Part shown: positions 27,714 through 37,488 of the stretch, piece by piece
How positions within the stretch are numbered: the stretch's first letter is position 1
Layout: each line of letters begins with the position of its first letter
Assembly: GCA_043812495.1 (NCBI GenBank)
Contig: JBDRMG010000016.1
Coordinates: 66,137 to 130,136, forward strand
DNA length: 64,000 bases
Reading direction: 5' to 3'
Source of the DNA: Candidatus Omnitrophota bacterium
GTDB lineage: Bacteria > Omnitrophota > Gorgyraeia > Zapsychrales > JBDRMG01
Program-made: the position numbers and the translations under genes
The notes under the pieces: generated by a model
The model's database searches: none
What the model was told of the DNA's origin: nothing
What the model saw: only the letters and a program-made list of their open reading frames with translations

Positions 27714-28120
27714 GACATGCGTTCAATCAACGTATTGATTCTCTTAATAACCTCTTGAGCGAGCTGGTCTCCTTTACGGACAACAATATGTTTTTTGTTA
27801 CCCGTGCTGAGGACTTCATCCATTTCGCGAATCACGCGCTCAAAAGGTCCGATAATCTTATTCGACAAATTGCAGGCCCAAATGATACCCAAGAGCAAAA
27901 CCAGCGGTAAGATAATGAGGGAAAGAATAATGGTAGCCTTCAGTGCCGCTGTTGTCCGCTCAGGATTAGCCACGACATTGGTAATATCATAGGACAAAAA
28001 AGCGATATTGGTCGTCATCATGATCAGTGTGATCAAGGCCAAACCAATAATCAAATTCAGAATCGGTGCTTGAAATTTGCTGACCTTGAACAATTGCCTG
28101 CGATGGGTTTTTTCTTTCAT
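27710..28120 (-). CDS. Hypothetical membrane protein with a HAMP-like C-terminal helix.
   Basis: Two transmembrane helices followed by an amphipathic segment, PFERVIREMDEVLSTGNKK. There is a 4-nt overlap with the downstream gene. Confidence 0.35.
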   Translation of the reverse strand: MKEKTHRRQLFKVSKFQAPILNLIIGLALITLIMMTTNIAFLSYDITNVVANPERTTAALKATIILSLIILPLVLLLGIIWACNLSNKIIGPFERVIREMDEVLSTGNKKHIVVRKGDQLAQEVIKRINTLIERMS

Positions 28121-28217
28121 GTCCTGCTCCTTTGATAAAATGATTAAATATCAATTATCAACACGATAAAAGTATTGTAGATGAAGACCCCCGGAAAGTC
28201 AAAGGTTCTCGCAATAT

Positions 28218-28631
28218 TTATGCCTCGCTTAAGTATTCACCCAACAGCCTTTGATTGATTTTCACAAGAACAAGGATGAATAAAATCCAGTATAAGATGG
28301 CAATATCCCAGAAATTACTCATCGTCGAGAAAACTTTTGTCAAGAAAATGGCCGCGCCCAAACAGGCCCCTACGGCCACCAGAATAATATCATTTAGATT
28401 CTGTCTGATTTGCGTCTTCTGATCCTTTGTCAAAAAAATATCTTTAGCACGAAAAGCTAAGAAAATAGAAAAAATAAGAAAAATCATTGCGCTTAAAAGC
28501 CAGACAACGGCCAAAAGCTCTGCTTCCTTTAAAATGGCGGTCAAATAATATTTTTTGGCTATGAGCAGAATCAAAGGGATGGCCGTCATGACCGCAAAAT
28601 CGCACCAAAAGAAAAACGTTTTCTGTTTCAT
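28218..28631 (-). CDS. Hypothetical membrane protein.
   Basis: Four predicted transmembrane helices and no recognisable motif. Confidence 0.35.
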   Translation of the reverse strand: MKQKTFFFWCDFAVMTAIPLILLIAKKYYLTAILKEAELLAVVWLLSAMIFLIFSIFLAFRAKDIFLTKDQKTQIRQNLNDIILVAVGACLGAAIFLTKVFSTMSNFWDIAILYWILFILVLVKINQRLLGEYLSEA

Positions 28632-28639
28632 GGGTCTGA

Positions 28640-30151
28640 TTATTTCAGATCCTTTTCTGAGAAAACATCGGCGGTAAAAATCTCTACCGTGGTACGCGGA
28701 TCTTTCCAGGCATCGGCCGGAAGGCCGGCTTTATGGGTGCAGAGATTCGATAAAAACTCTTCCTTGCCCCATCCGGTTTCGGTAGCCACCTGCGGTAAAA
28801 ATACGCCCTGATGAAATCCTCTTCGCACAATGGCCCCGTGGACACCGGCCTGAAATTCATTGATACTCGCCATGCGCCATGGTTTGGACAAAACAGAAAT
28901 TTCAAGGTCAATGTCCTTAAGCTCGCTTTCCTGCAAGCGAGGAAATCGAGGATCTTGGGTTGCAGCGGCTATCGCCATATCCCGAACCGTAAGGGTCAGA
29001 GGGCCGTTACCGATGATATGCCCAATACATCCGCGCAATTGTCCTTTTTTATGGATGGTGACAAAAGCTCCTTCCTCTAAGAGGAGCCGGGAATCCGCCT
29101 CTTTGATCTCAGGAATTTCTCCGCTGCGAACATATTGATCAATTGTTGTTTGGGCAATCTCAAGTAATCTCTTCTTTTGTGGTGCTGTTAAGGGTGCCAC
29201 GGCGACTGCCTTATGGTTTTCATTTTGTTTCATTTTTTCGGATGTTCCTTTCTCTTTGTCTTGATTCTTTTGAAAGAAGACAACGGATGAGTATCCGACA
29301 ACATTGGATAAGTCGCCGGTCACATTTCCGGAATTGGCGGTATGAAGTATTTTGACCCCGTCCAAACCAACTTTCTTGGCATACAAAAGGGCTGTAGCTA
29401 CGGACGTAAAACCGCACATTTCCATTTTACGGCTCAAGCACTGGCTCCAAAGTCCCTGGACATCAAGTTTCTCGACGGCATTGAGTGCATTTTGGTCCAT
29501 GGTTCTTGCGGTTGCGTCATTTTTATAATGCGACATATCCGTACTGACCACAATCAAAACATCATCTCGATGACCAATAATCTCGACTAAGGCATCGGCT
29601 AAGATTTCAGCCGTCTGATAATTCGGTTGTCCCATAATAATAGGGACAATCTTAAAATCGGTAAAAACGGTTTGTAAGAAAGGCAGCTGCACCTCAAGGG
29701 AATGCTCCCGATCAAAGACATAAGAATAAAAGTTGAATTGATCGCTGAAGGCTAAAAGCCGTTTCGTAAAATCTTGGTCCACTTCGATCTGTCCCAGCGG
29801 TGTTTCGAAAAACCCTTCTTTCCAAACGGAGATCCCTTTAAAGTTATAAAAATGGCTGGATGCCAAGATTATAACCGTTTTAACTTTTTGCTGACTGACC
29901 GCCTTGTAGCTATACGCCGCCACGGGTCCTGAATAGATATAACCGGCGTGAGGTGCCATAATGACGCTAATTTTCTCATTGGACGGTTGTGTCTTTGCGG
30001 AATCAAGGTAACGTTGAATGGTTGCGGATAATTCTTTGGGGTTAGCACTATAAAATTGTCCGCTCACATTGGGTTTTTTAACAAGCGATTCACCCGACGA
30101 GCAGGACGCCAGAAAATTTAAAACAATAAGCGAAATGATAATTTTCTTCAT
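28640..30151 (-). CDS. Fusion protein: AmmeMemoRadiSam system protein B (MEMO1-like) plus an AMMECR1 domain, carrying a lipoprotein signal.
   Basis: The MEMO part has APHAGYIYSGPVAAYSY...VVSTDMSHY. The C-terminal part has AFVTIHKKGQLRGCIGHI, the AMMECR1 signature. The N-terminus reads MKKIIISLIVLNFLASCSS. Confidence 0.75.
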   Translation of the reverse strand: MKKIIISLIVLNFLASCSSGESLVKKPNVSGQFYSANPKELSATIQRYLDSAKTQPSNEKISVIMAPHAGYIYSGPVAAYSYKAVSQQKVKTVIILASSHFYNFKGISVWKEGFFETPLGQIEVDQDFTKRLLAFSDQFNFYSYVFDREHSLEVQLPFLQTVFTDFKIVPIIMGQPNYQTAEILADALVEIIGHRDDVLIVVSTDMSHYKNDATARTMDQNALNAVEKLDVQGLWSQCLSRKMEMCGFTSVATALLYAKKVGLDGVKILHTANSGNVTGDLSNVVGYSSVVFFQKNQDKEKGTSEKMKQNENHKAVAVAPLTAPQKKRLLEIAQTTIDQYVRSGEIPEIKEADSRLLLEEGAFVTIHKKGQLRGCIGHIIGNGPLTLTVRDMAIAAATQDPRFPRLQESELKDIDLEISVLSKPWRMASINEFQAGVHGAIVRRGFHQGVFLPQVATETGWGKEEFLSNLCTHKAGLPADAWKDPRTTVEIFTADVFSEKDLK

Positions 30152-30250
30152 TGGAGAGTCTCTTGAATCGAGAGAAAATAATTCACTAAGAAAAACGGCT
30201 TTCAAAAAGAAACGCCTGCATAATCAGAGTCAACCTCTCCTGTTGATCAA

Positions 30251-30661
30251 TTATGAATTCTGGTTATCGGAAGATAAGGAATTTTCTGAATCAGTGCAGG
30301 GTTCTCCAAAATAGTTTCTAACTTTTGCGAGCAATTCCTGCGTATTGATGGGCTTGACGAGATAGTCCTTAACACCTTCCTGCTTAAAAAGATCCTGCAA
30401 TTGTTCCTTAATGGTAATAATGATAACGGGAATCGTTCGCAGCTCTTCGTCCTTTTTAAGTTCTTTGACTAATGTATAGCCATCAATATCGGGCATGAGA
30501 ACATCGAGGAGAATGAGGTCCGGCTTATGGGTTTTTGCTTGATGCAGTCCTTCGCGGCCATCTTTGGCGACTATCGCGCCATAACCATTGGCTTCCAGGC
30601 GTGTCTTTATTAATTTGACAACGGTGGGATCATCATCGATAATGAGTATTTTTTTATTCAT
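30251..30661 (-). CDS. Single-domain response regulator (CheY-like receiver).
   Basis: ILIIDDDP...DLILLDVLMPDIDG...KPI motifs. Confidence 0.8.
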   Translation of the reverse strand: MNKKILIIDDDPTVVKLIKTRLEANGYGAIVAKDGREGLHQAKTHKPDLILLDVLMPDIDGYTLVKELKKDEELRTIPVIIITIKEQLQDLFKQEGVKDYLVKPINTQELLAKVRNYFGEPCTDSENSLSSDNQNS

Positions 30662-30765
30662 CGTCTGCCATTCGTTTTATGAATTTAGCGTAAGTCATTC
30701 TACCACAAAACTGAAAACTTGTCGAAAGCATATCTTTTAAATATGATCTGACCATTGATCGGTGC

Positions 30766-32484
30766 TTATTTTTTCGCCATATGAACGACGCTCAAAGTCT
30801 TTTGCAATTGCTCCCAAACTTCAGAGGACTCTTTGGCTAAGAGGACGGCTTGTCGCGACCGGGGATCGCTCATCGCCTTGGCAATGAGTCCAAGGATCTG
30901 GACTTGAGACTGGTTGTCGTGCATGGGAGTTAAAATCAGAAAGATATAATGGGCGTTTTCTCCGTCCGGAGAGTTCCAATCAATACCGGCCTTGGACCGC
31001 CCAAAAACAACAACGGGTCTTTGCAAGAAAGAAAATCGTGCATGCGGAAAAGCGATACCCTCTTCGATCGCCGTTCCCATAATATTTTCTCTCTCTAAGA
31101 CAGCATGCACAATGGTTTCTTTGGCCGGCATGTTATCTTGCGCGCACGCCAGCTCACAGAGTTCCTCAATCGCCATATCGCGTTTGTGGGCCTTGAGCTC
31201 GGCGATCACGGCCCGACGGGAGAAAAACTCAAAGGCGCCGACTTCTTTTCTTCTTTTCAACGAATATTTCAGCCAAGGCCCCACCAGGCTCGAGGAGACA
31301 ACCGCCCCGAAGACAATCGCTTCAAACACAGGCTCAGAAATCAGCCGGTACTCCAAGGTGATCATGCCGACGACAATTTCCATGGTGCCGCCCGGTGTAT
31401 GGGCAATAGCCACAAATCGACGATCATCCTCAGAAAGGTTTGTCCAGCGGGCTCCCAGCCAGGCGCCGATGTATTTTCCGAAAATACCCAGCAAAGTAAT
31501 AAAGATGATGATTTTCAAATCGAAATTAGCAATGAAATCTATCCTTAGGCCAATGCTTGCAAAAAATATCGGGACAAAAATGGCAAAGACCATTTGAGAA
31601 ATAATCTGACGTGTGCGCTCCGAGAGCGCCTTGGCTTCTCCGGCCATCACGCCAGCGATCAAAAATCCAAACAAGGCATGAATGCCCATTTTCTGCGTAA
31701 TCGCTCCGCACAGAAGACCCAGAAGGCAGATAAACGTCAGCGACGTTCCCGGATCCGGCATTTGCTTTTCTTTAATTTTTGAAATAACGGCGTTAGTGAA
31801 ATGCCGTCCGTAGGTTAGGCACAGAACAAGAAATCCGCATGCAAACAAGAAGATCAACATCATCTTCGGGATATCCACAACCCCTTGAGTGATGAGGCTG
31901 AGAATCAAACTGAAGATCATCCATCCGACAATATCATTGACCGAAAACGCGGACATGATGAGAAAGCCTAAGTCTGTTTTTGAAAGATTCAAATCATGCA
32001 AAACCCGTGTAGCAATCGTAATGGCAGAAATAGCCATGACCGTAGCCATAAAAAAGGAGAAAATTATTCTTTGATCCGGCTGAAGCAAATATCGATCCGG
32101 CAGGAACAAACATAAAACGAATCCGATTAAGATGGGAACAAAAACCCCCACCAAGGCAATCTTGAGAGCATCACCCCTTTGGCGCCAGGCGACCGAGAAA
32201 TCAATACCCAAGCCTGATTCCAACAAAAGAAAGAAAACGCCCAGCCAAGCGATTGTTTCCAGCATGCTTTTCTGAACCATGTCGGCAGGAAAAATGGTTT
32301 GCCATAGATGCGGAAAGAAACGACCAAGAATCGTCGGACCTAAAAGCACACCGACGAGAATTTCAGCTGTCAAAGGAGGCTGTTTGCGTCTCTCAAAGAG
32401 CACTCCGAGCCCTTTGGCCAGACCTAATAACAAAAAGATTTGGATGAGAAAAATGAAGATGTGGTGTTCATTGAGATAATTCAT
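30766..32484 (-). CDS. Cation:proton antiporter (CPA2/KefB-like) fused to a C-terminal PTS EIIA type-2 (EIIA-Ntr-like) domain.
   Basis: About 12 transmembrane helices are followed by a C-terminal domain with GIAFPHARF (phospho-His motif), homologous to the ptsN product at 4832-5302. Confidence 0.75.
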   Translation of the reverse strand: MNYLNEHHIFIFLIQIFLLLGLAKGLGVLFERRKQPPLTAEILVGVLLGPTILGRFFPHLWQTIFPADMVQKSMLETIAWLGVFFLLLESGLGIDFSVAWRQRGDALKIALVGVFVPILIGFVLCLFLPDRYLLQPDQRIIFSFFMATVMAISAITIATRVLHDLNLSKTDLGFLIMSAFSVNDIVGWMIFSLILSLITQGVVDIPKMMLIFLFACGFLVLCLTYGRHFTNAVISKIKEKQMPDPGTSLTFICLLGLLCGAITQKMGIHALFGFLIAGVMAGEAKALSERTRQIISQMVFAIFVPIFFASIGLRIDFIANFDLKIIIFITLLGIFGKYIGAWLGARWTNLSEDDRRFVAIAHTPGGTMEIVVGMITLEYRLISEPVFEAIVFGAVVSSSLVGPWLKYSLKRRKEVGAFEFFSRRAVIAELKAHKRDMAIEELCELACAQDNMPAKETIVHAVLERENIMGTAIEEGIAFPHARFSFLQRPVVVFGRSKAGIDWNSPDGENAHYIFLILTPMHDNQSQVQILGLIAKAMSDPRSRQAVLLAKESSEVWEQLQKTLSVVHMAKK

Positions 32485-32615
32485 AGAAGGCTGGATAGAA
32501 TAATTGATCGAGAGTTTTCAGTTAAATTATAGTCGATGGCAAAATAAAAGTCTACGATTTTTCTAACTCATTGAATTATTAAAGCTGCGGATCAACGGGC
32601 AGGTTCATCTTCTTG

Positions 32616-35486
32616 TCAGTGGACACTAAGCATCTTGCAATACTTATTAAAATTTACATCCGTATTCTTCAATAATGCCCAACCTGTTATGCTCACGCCT
32701 GGCAAATCGGCAGGAGGCAAGCTGCCGGTCAAATAGTCCGATTCCCATTTAAATTCCGATGGAATAGAGCCAATATCGAAAGGGAACTTCCCTACCGCCC
32801 CTCCACCGCACCAGTCATTGACTTCATTGCAATATTCTGAACATCCTCGGCAGGATTTCCAATAGAAATCTAAAAAATAGTAAGTATCATAATGTTGATA
32901 AAATCCCTGCGTATCGGGGCCATTCAAACATTCCTCTTGCGTGCAACTTCGGTTATAGTCACTCAAGAGCCATCCATAATCATAAAATTCCATAGGGTCA
33001 GTCGGATCGCTGGGATCATCCTGAAAGAGAGAATTCGGTAATTTAAATAATGTGCCGGTAAATGTCTTGCCATAATGTTTATAATCTTCATTTTTGTCTT
33101 CCCAATCATTCTTCCAGTTCCAAAGCTCAAGAGTGGTGTTATAAAAAAAGTTTCCTAAATCAGCCGCGTTATCTCCAATAATAGAAATCCTGTATACTTC
33201 ATCCTGCATAACCCTATTGGGCATAGGATCAGCCGTTCCTTCTTTGTGGGCGTTTCGCCATGCCGAATGGACCGGTTCTTCTTCATTTTCCTCAGTATCT
33301 GGGTCGTCTATGTAAAAAATATCCGGGTGATTTCCGAGCTCCGGTATTTCTTTGGGAAAATCAAAATCGCGCGAAAGAGGAAAAAATTTTTCCCTCGCTA
33401 TAACAGAGGCGGGGACATAATTCTCCGTATTTATGCTCCCTATGGCATAGGCGTTTCCCTCTGTAACAACAGTTAATCCGCCATCCATTAATTCTTGCGC
33501 ATGAGAAAGACCTACATCCCAATCCGAGTAAGCCACATTCTCTTTGGGTGCCGGTATTACTCCTTGGCCAATGGCTTTATTTAAATTCTCAATATCAACA
33601 AGAACAAGCGAATGCCACAGCGAACTCATTGTATTATAGAAACCTTCCTTTTTAAAAATGACCACGTCTGCAGGTGAACCGTCAACATCAATGGTGACCT
33701 TGATTTCTCCGTATTCATCCGGCACACGTTCAAAAATTTCTGTCTCACCGGTAATTTTCACCTTATAATTTCCAACGGTCCCTCCCGTACTATCTAAAAG
33801 ATTTTCTTTCAGATAATAAAGTTTTTGAAAATGGCGTCCTTCAAAATTTCCGGAACTGTTAAAGCTAGCGCGATCTACCGTGTTTTCAATAAGAATTCCT
33901 TCGTCTTTAGCCATGTTTCTGAGTCTTTTGGCGCTCACGATAGGGCTTGCGATGCTTGTCGCGCCTGTAGAGCTATCGAGTAAAACGCCTTGGAGAACAC
34001 CGCCTTCAGTGGTCTCTAGAAACTCGGCCCAATCATCGGCTTGATATTCTGTATTTAAGAATTTGACTTCTGGGCAAAAACGTTCATCGGTGCATGTTGT
34101 TTGAATATCATCCGGATTATAATCATTGGGCGGGAAAAAAGAGTAAGCTTTAGTGTAATTATCCGTGTAGGTCTTGCGTCCCATGATACCGTCTTGTGCG
34201 TATCTTGGCCACCGCCATTCTGTGTCCAATCGATTCGGTATTTTGACTGTTGTCGGAGTATCTGGATCATACGGTGTTATGAGAGCAGGATCATAAAGAT
34301 TACTTCCCGTCGGCGTATTATACATATACTTTTCGGGATAGAGGATGGGATCAAGGGGGCGCCACGTATAACCATCTTCCACCACCCCAATTTTATCCCG
34401 ACAGCCAGCGAATGTGCCGGTCGTTCCTTTTTCGCACAATAGACCACCTCGATCTCCGGATAAATAGCCATTATATTCATTGATCCATTTATTAGGATCA
34501 TAATATTTTAGACGAGGATCTGAGGCGTTGACATCAAACATGCAATCATCCGGGTCTAGCCAAGAAGCCGAACAAGCACCGGTTCTCCAATTTGTTGTTC
34601 CGTCAGAACGATCAATGCCATATAATTCAGCCCAGGTTTTATAGCTGACGTGTGGTTCTCGCGTAAAGTAATTATCCGCGACTGTTTTGTTATTCTCATC
34701 CACGCACATACCTGTCCAGCCATCGCGCGCGCAGGAGATAGATCCTGCCGCCGCAGGAACTGCATCAAGATCAACCATCGGAGTGAAATAAAAATTATCC
34801 ATTTTTTGCTTAAAATATTTTGCCGTGCTCAATTGTGAGATATTTTTAATTTGAGTACCTCCAACAAACGTTATATTCTCATTCGAATGAATCCTTCCTC
34901 CTGCAGCATCATAGACTGTTACGCCATCAAAATTTATGCCAGCTTCCGGATAGAACATAAAATAATCATAGAGAGAACCCGTTGAGACCCTTGCCGCTAA
35001 AAGTCTTTCTTTGTTTCCGCTTATTCCTTTGATTAAAACAATCTTGTTTTTGGTATCAACGCAATCGTATGTTGCGCAAGGGATCGCGTCGTTATAGATT
35101 TTCGCCACGAATTGTATTGGTTGGTCTTCTTGAGACGCGTAGCCCTCCTCTGTTAACTCATTGAGGTCTTCCAGCACGATAACCGGAGCTTGGGCGCCGG
35201 TAACTTCAGAATAATGGATGAGTTGCTCTGTATTAATATCAACAAAGTGTGTAACCCAGTTATCGGAATCGGGAGAGGAATTTTTCAATTCCTCAATGAC
35301 ATACTCCAGGCCGCGTTCAGCCGCATAAAGAGCCTTCATGGAATTATCATCGTGGCCAACCGATATTTTCTCGCCAATGGATTTTAAAAATTGCGCTCCG
35401 GATAAACCAAGAAAAATGACTGTCGCCGCAATTACGGTGAGAATAAGCCCTTGGCCTTTCTGATTTCTTAATGTGTTAAGTGTCAT
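32616..35486 (-). CDS. Large secreted PilX-like / putative pilus tip-associated protein (956 aa).
   Basis: The N-terminus (NQKGQGLILTVIAATVIFLGLSGAQF) resembles the PilX N-terminal pseudopilin-like helix. The rest is Asp/Gly/Tyr/Trp-rich with no known catalytic motif. A GGAG Shine-Dalgarno precedes the ATG at 35486. Confidence 0.45.
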   Translation of the reverse strand: MTLNTLRNQKGQGLILTVIAATVIFLGLSGAQFLKSIGEKISVGHDDNSMKALYAAERGLEYVIEELKNSSPDSDNWVTHFVDINTEQLIHYSEVTGAQAPVIVLEDLNELTEEGYASQEDQPIQFVAKIYNDAIPCATYDCVDTKNKIVLIKGISGNKERLLAARVSTGSLYDYFMFYPEAGINFDGVTVYDAAGGRIHSNENITFVGGTQIKNISQLSTAKYFKQKMDNFYFTPMVDLDAVPAAAGSISCARDGWTGMCVDENNKTVADNYFTREPHVSYKTWAELYGIDRSDGTTNWRTGACSASWLDPDDCMFDVNASDPRLKYYDPNKWINEYNGYLSGDRGGLLCEKGTTGTFAGCRDKIGVVEDGYTWRPLDPILYPEKYMYNTPTGSNLYDPALITPYDPDTPTTVKIPNRLDTEWRWPRYAQDGIMGRKTYTDNYTKAYSFFPPNDYNPDDIQTTCTDERFCPEVKFLNTEYQADDWAEFLETTEGGVLQGVLLDSSTGATSIASPIVSAKRLRNMAKDEGILIENTVDRASFNSSGNFEGRHFQKLYYLKENLLDSTGGTVGNYKVKITGETEIFERVPDEYGEIKVTIDVDGSPADVVIFKKEGFYNTMSSLWHSLVLVDIENLNKAIGQGVIPAPKENVAYSDWDVGLSHAQELMDGGLTVVTEGNAYAIGSINTENYVPASVIAREKFFPLSRDFDFPKEIPELGNHPDIFYIDDPDTEENEEEPVHSAWRNAHKEGTADPMPNRVMQDEVYRISIIGDNAADLGNFFYNTTLELWNWKNDWEDKNEDYKHYGKTFTGTLFKLPNSLFQDDPSDPTDPMEFYDYGWLLSDYNRSCTQEECLNGPDTQGFYQHYDTYYFLDFYWKSCRGCSEYCNEVNDWCGGGAVGKFPFDIGSIPSEFKWESDYLTGSLPPADLPGVSITGWALLKNTDVNFNKYCKMLSVH

Positions 35487-35522
35487 GCTCTTCTCCAAAT
35501 CTTGTTTTAGGTAATATCATAC

Positions 35523-35737
35523 GTGTCCAAATTAGCGCAATCTAAGCTTCTCAATTCTATTGATAATTAAGGGGTTACGACAATTTTCAGCTTTTTGAGA
35601 TATGAAATCGCAATTTGGACAGCATGAGCATATTTTGAACAATAAGATTGCCATATGGATTCACATCCGACGGTAATTCTAGGCTCAAATTACGACGGCT
35701 GAACGTATTTACCTGTGTCCAAGCTAATTTGGACAGC
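35523..35737. promoter_or_regulatory. Cluster of TGTCCAA/TTGGACA palindromic sites in the 5' region of the PilX-like gene. The sites are GTGTCCAAATTAGCGCAAT (35523-35541), ATCGCAATTTGGACAGC (35606-35622, inverted) and GTGTCCAAGCTAATTTGGACAGC (35715-35737).
   Basis: Read directly. Sites 2 and 3 also share a 22-nt direct repeat, AATTTGGACAGCxTGAG. A 13-bp perfect inverted repeat, AATTAACCTATCC..GGATAGGTTAATT, is at 35784-35821. Confidence 0.35.
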
Positions 35738-36130
35738 TATGAGGTAATATAAAATATTGTACACTACTTTTCTTAATTAATAAATAATTAACCTATCCCT
35801 TTTTGAAGGATAGGTTAATTGGAAGTGTATCAAAATCCCAGCCGAGATCACATGCCTCACGACTGGCTTTTGGTTGGCAACTGGTTACCCTATCCTAGAA
35901 GGGTCCTTTTAGCTTTGCCGCTCCGCAAGACTACGGAACAACCTTTATCAACCAAAAAAAGTATAGCACTTATTCTAACTTATTCAATAAGCGTAAGTTA
36001 AAAAAGATGCTTTTTAAGAAAACGTTTTCTTATTCACAATCAATGAATGCTAACTCTTAGCATAGCAATAGATTGTAATTTATAGCAAAATAGACAAATT
36101 TCCGGAAAGATTTAATTCTTAATTTATGAC

Positions 36131-36284
36131 TCATTTCAATGAGACCATGACTTATGGAGCAAAGCGCCCGCCTTTTTATTAATATTTTAGCGAGGTCTCG
36201 TCAATTCGATTTTATCGAATTGACGGAACATAAGTCATAAGGTCGAATTGACCCAGCCCGCCATTGATTCAGTGGCGGGCTGGG
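36131..36284. repeat. Intergenic repeat: a C-type hairpin (36131-36247; stem GACCATGACTTATGG / CATAAGTCATAAGGTC) plus an A-type hairpin (36252-36284; CCCAGCCCGCCATTGATTCAGTGGCGGGCTGGG).
   Basis: Read directly. An internal TTGACGAGACCTCGC segment is shared with the copy at 57446-57550. Confidence 0.55.
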
Positions 36285-36332
36285 ATAAAACAAATACAAA
36301 TATAATATTTCATCTATAATTCTGGCGGGAAA

Positions 36333-37226
36333 TTAATTGCTTAAATTGCGAAGGCGCACAACTGAGGAAAGGCTAAAAAGAGTTTGATTGCCGAAAAGAT
36401 TGGGCCTGGATAATTCCAAAAACACTTGGACGGTCTCAGGAGGCGTCGTGGCGCTGCCCCCTGTCCCCGGGCCAGGAGTTCCAAGAAAATAAATGGCGCT
36501 GATATCCGTAGCGATAACACGGACCGAATACCTCGAAGGATTGGCCAAAAAAGGAAAGGGATTATACTGGGAGATATCAGGAGCTGTTTGCGCAAAGGCG
36601 AGGCCGGGACGAAAGAGCTCTTCCAGCCAATTATTAAAAAATGCGCAATCGCCGCCCGGCGGAGGAGCCGGGCAATTAGCTGGAGTTTCTCTGGGAGGTT
36701 CGCAAATACCATCTCCGCACACAATTTGATTTCTTGTCAACCGAATTAATCGATTGGCATTGCTTCCAAATGGACCCAGGGTATGGGGAACCATATAAAT
36801 AATTCTTTCATCATCATACATGACTTCGCGTCCGTCATAGCCCCATTTGATAGGATACGCTGATCCTACTAAAGGCTTAAATATGCTTCCCTGGATATCG
36901 CAAGCAGTCGTCCCGCAGCTTGTCGCGACCGGAACGCGGAACTCCACCGCTCCGCCGACACAATACTGGTCAGGACACTTGTAGATTTTAACTTGCGCCG
37001 ATGCTGACTGGGCAAGCTCAGCAGTGACGCGCTCCATGGCCAGTCGCGCATGCTGCTGCAAATCGATTTGGGTGGAGCTGCGAAAATAGGTATTGCGGAT
37101 GACGACAATCGTTCCAATCAGGCCGATACCGATAAAAATAGATATGGCCAAGACCGTCATGATCTCGACAAGCGTAAATCCCCGTCGATTGAATTTTATA
37201 AATCCTTTATTGAAAAATAAACGCAT
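36333..37226 (-). CDS. Type IV pilin-like / pseudopilin protein (prepilin-type N-terminal cleavage/methylation domain).
   Basis: NRRGFTLVEIMTVLAISIFIGIGL is a class III signal peptide with the G|FTLVE motif. The C-terminal part is Cys-rich. Confidence 0.65.
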   Translation of the reverse strand: MRLFFNKGFIKFNRRGFTLVEIMTVLAISIFIGIGLIGTIVVIRNTYFRSSTQIDLQQHARLAMERVTAELAQSASAQVKIYKCPDQYCVGGAVEFRVPVATSCGTTACDIQGSIFKPLVGSAYPIKWGYDGREVMYDDERIIYMVPHTLGPFGSNANRLIRLTRNQIVCGDGICEPPRETPANCPAPPPGGDCAFFNNWLEELFRPGLAFAQTAPDISQYNPFPFLANPSRYSVRVIATDISAIYFLGTPGPGTGGSATTPPETVQVFLELSRPNLFGNQTLFSLSSVVRLRNLSN

Positions 37227-37488
37227 CGTTCGGTTCTTTTTTAAAAGAATCCTTTCTGCTTATAAGTATACCACGCTGCGATTAAAGATAAATGACGGAT
37301 TTAAGAATTTAAGAATTTAGCGACATTTCAGAAAATGAGAAATTTTTTTGGCATAAAATTATTTTATCCGCCTTCGCCTGAATACTACGGCTGTTAGGCC
37401 GTAAACAAAAGACGGCGGATAATCCTGCGAAGCTCGAACACGAAATTATTGGAGCGAAGCAGGATTGGCTTCGGCGGATTTCGCCGAA

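Noticed and set aside
35819-36001. A 60-aa plus-strand ORF in the pilus-locus intergenic region.
   Set aside because: No RBS, and the predicted peptide is low-complexity. The region is better explained as regulatory or noncoding.
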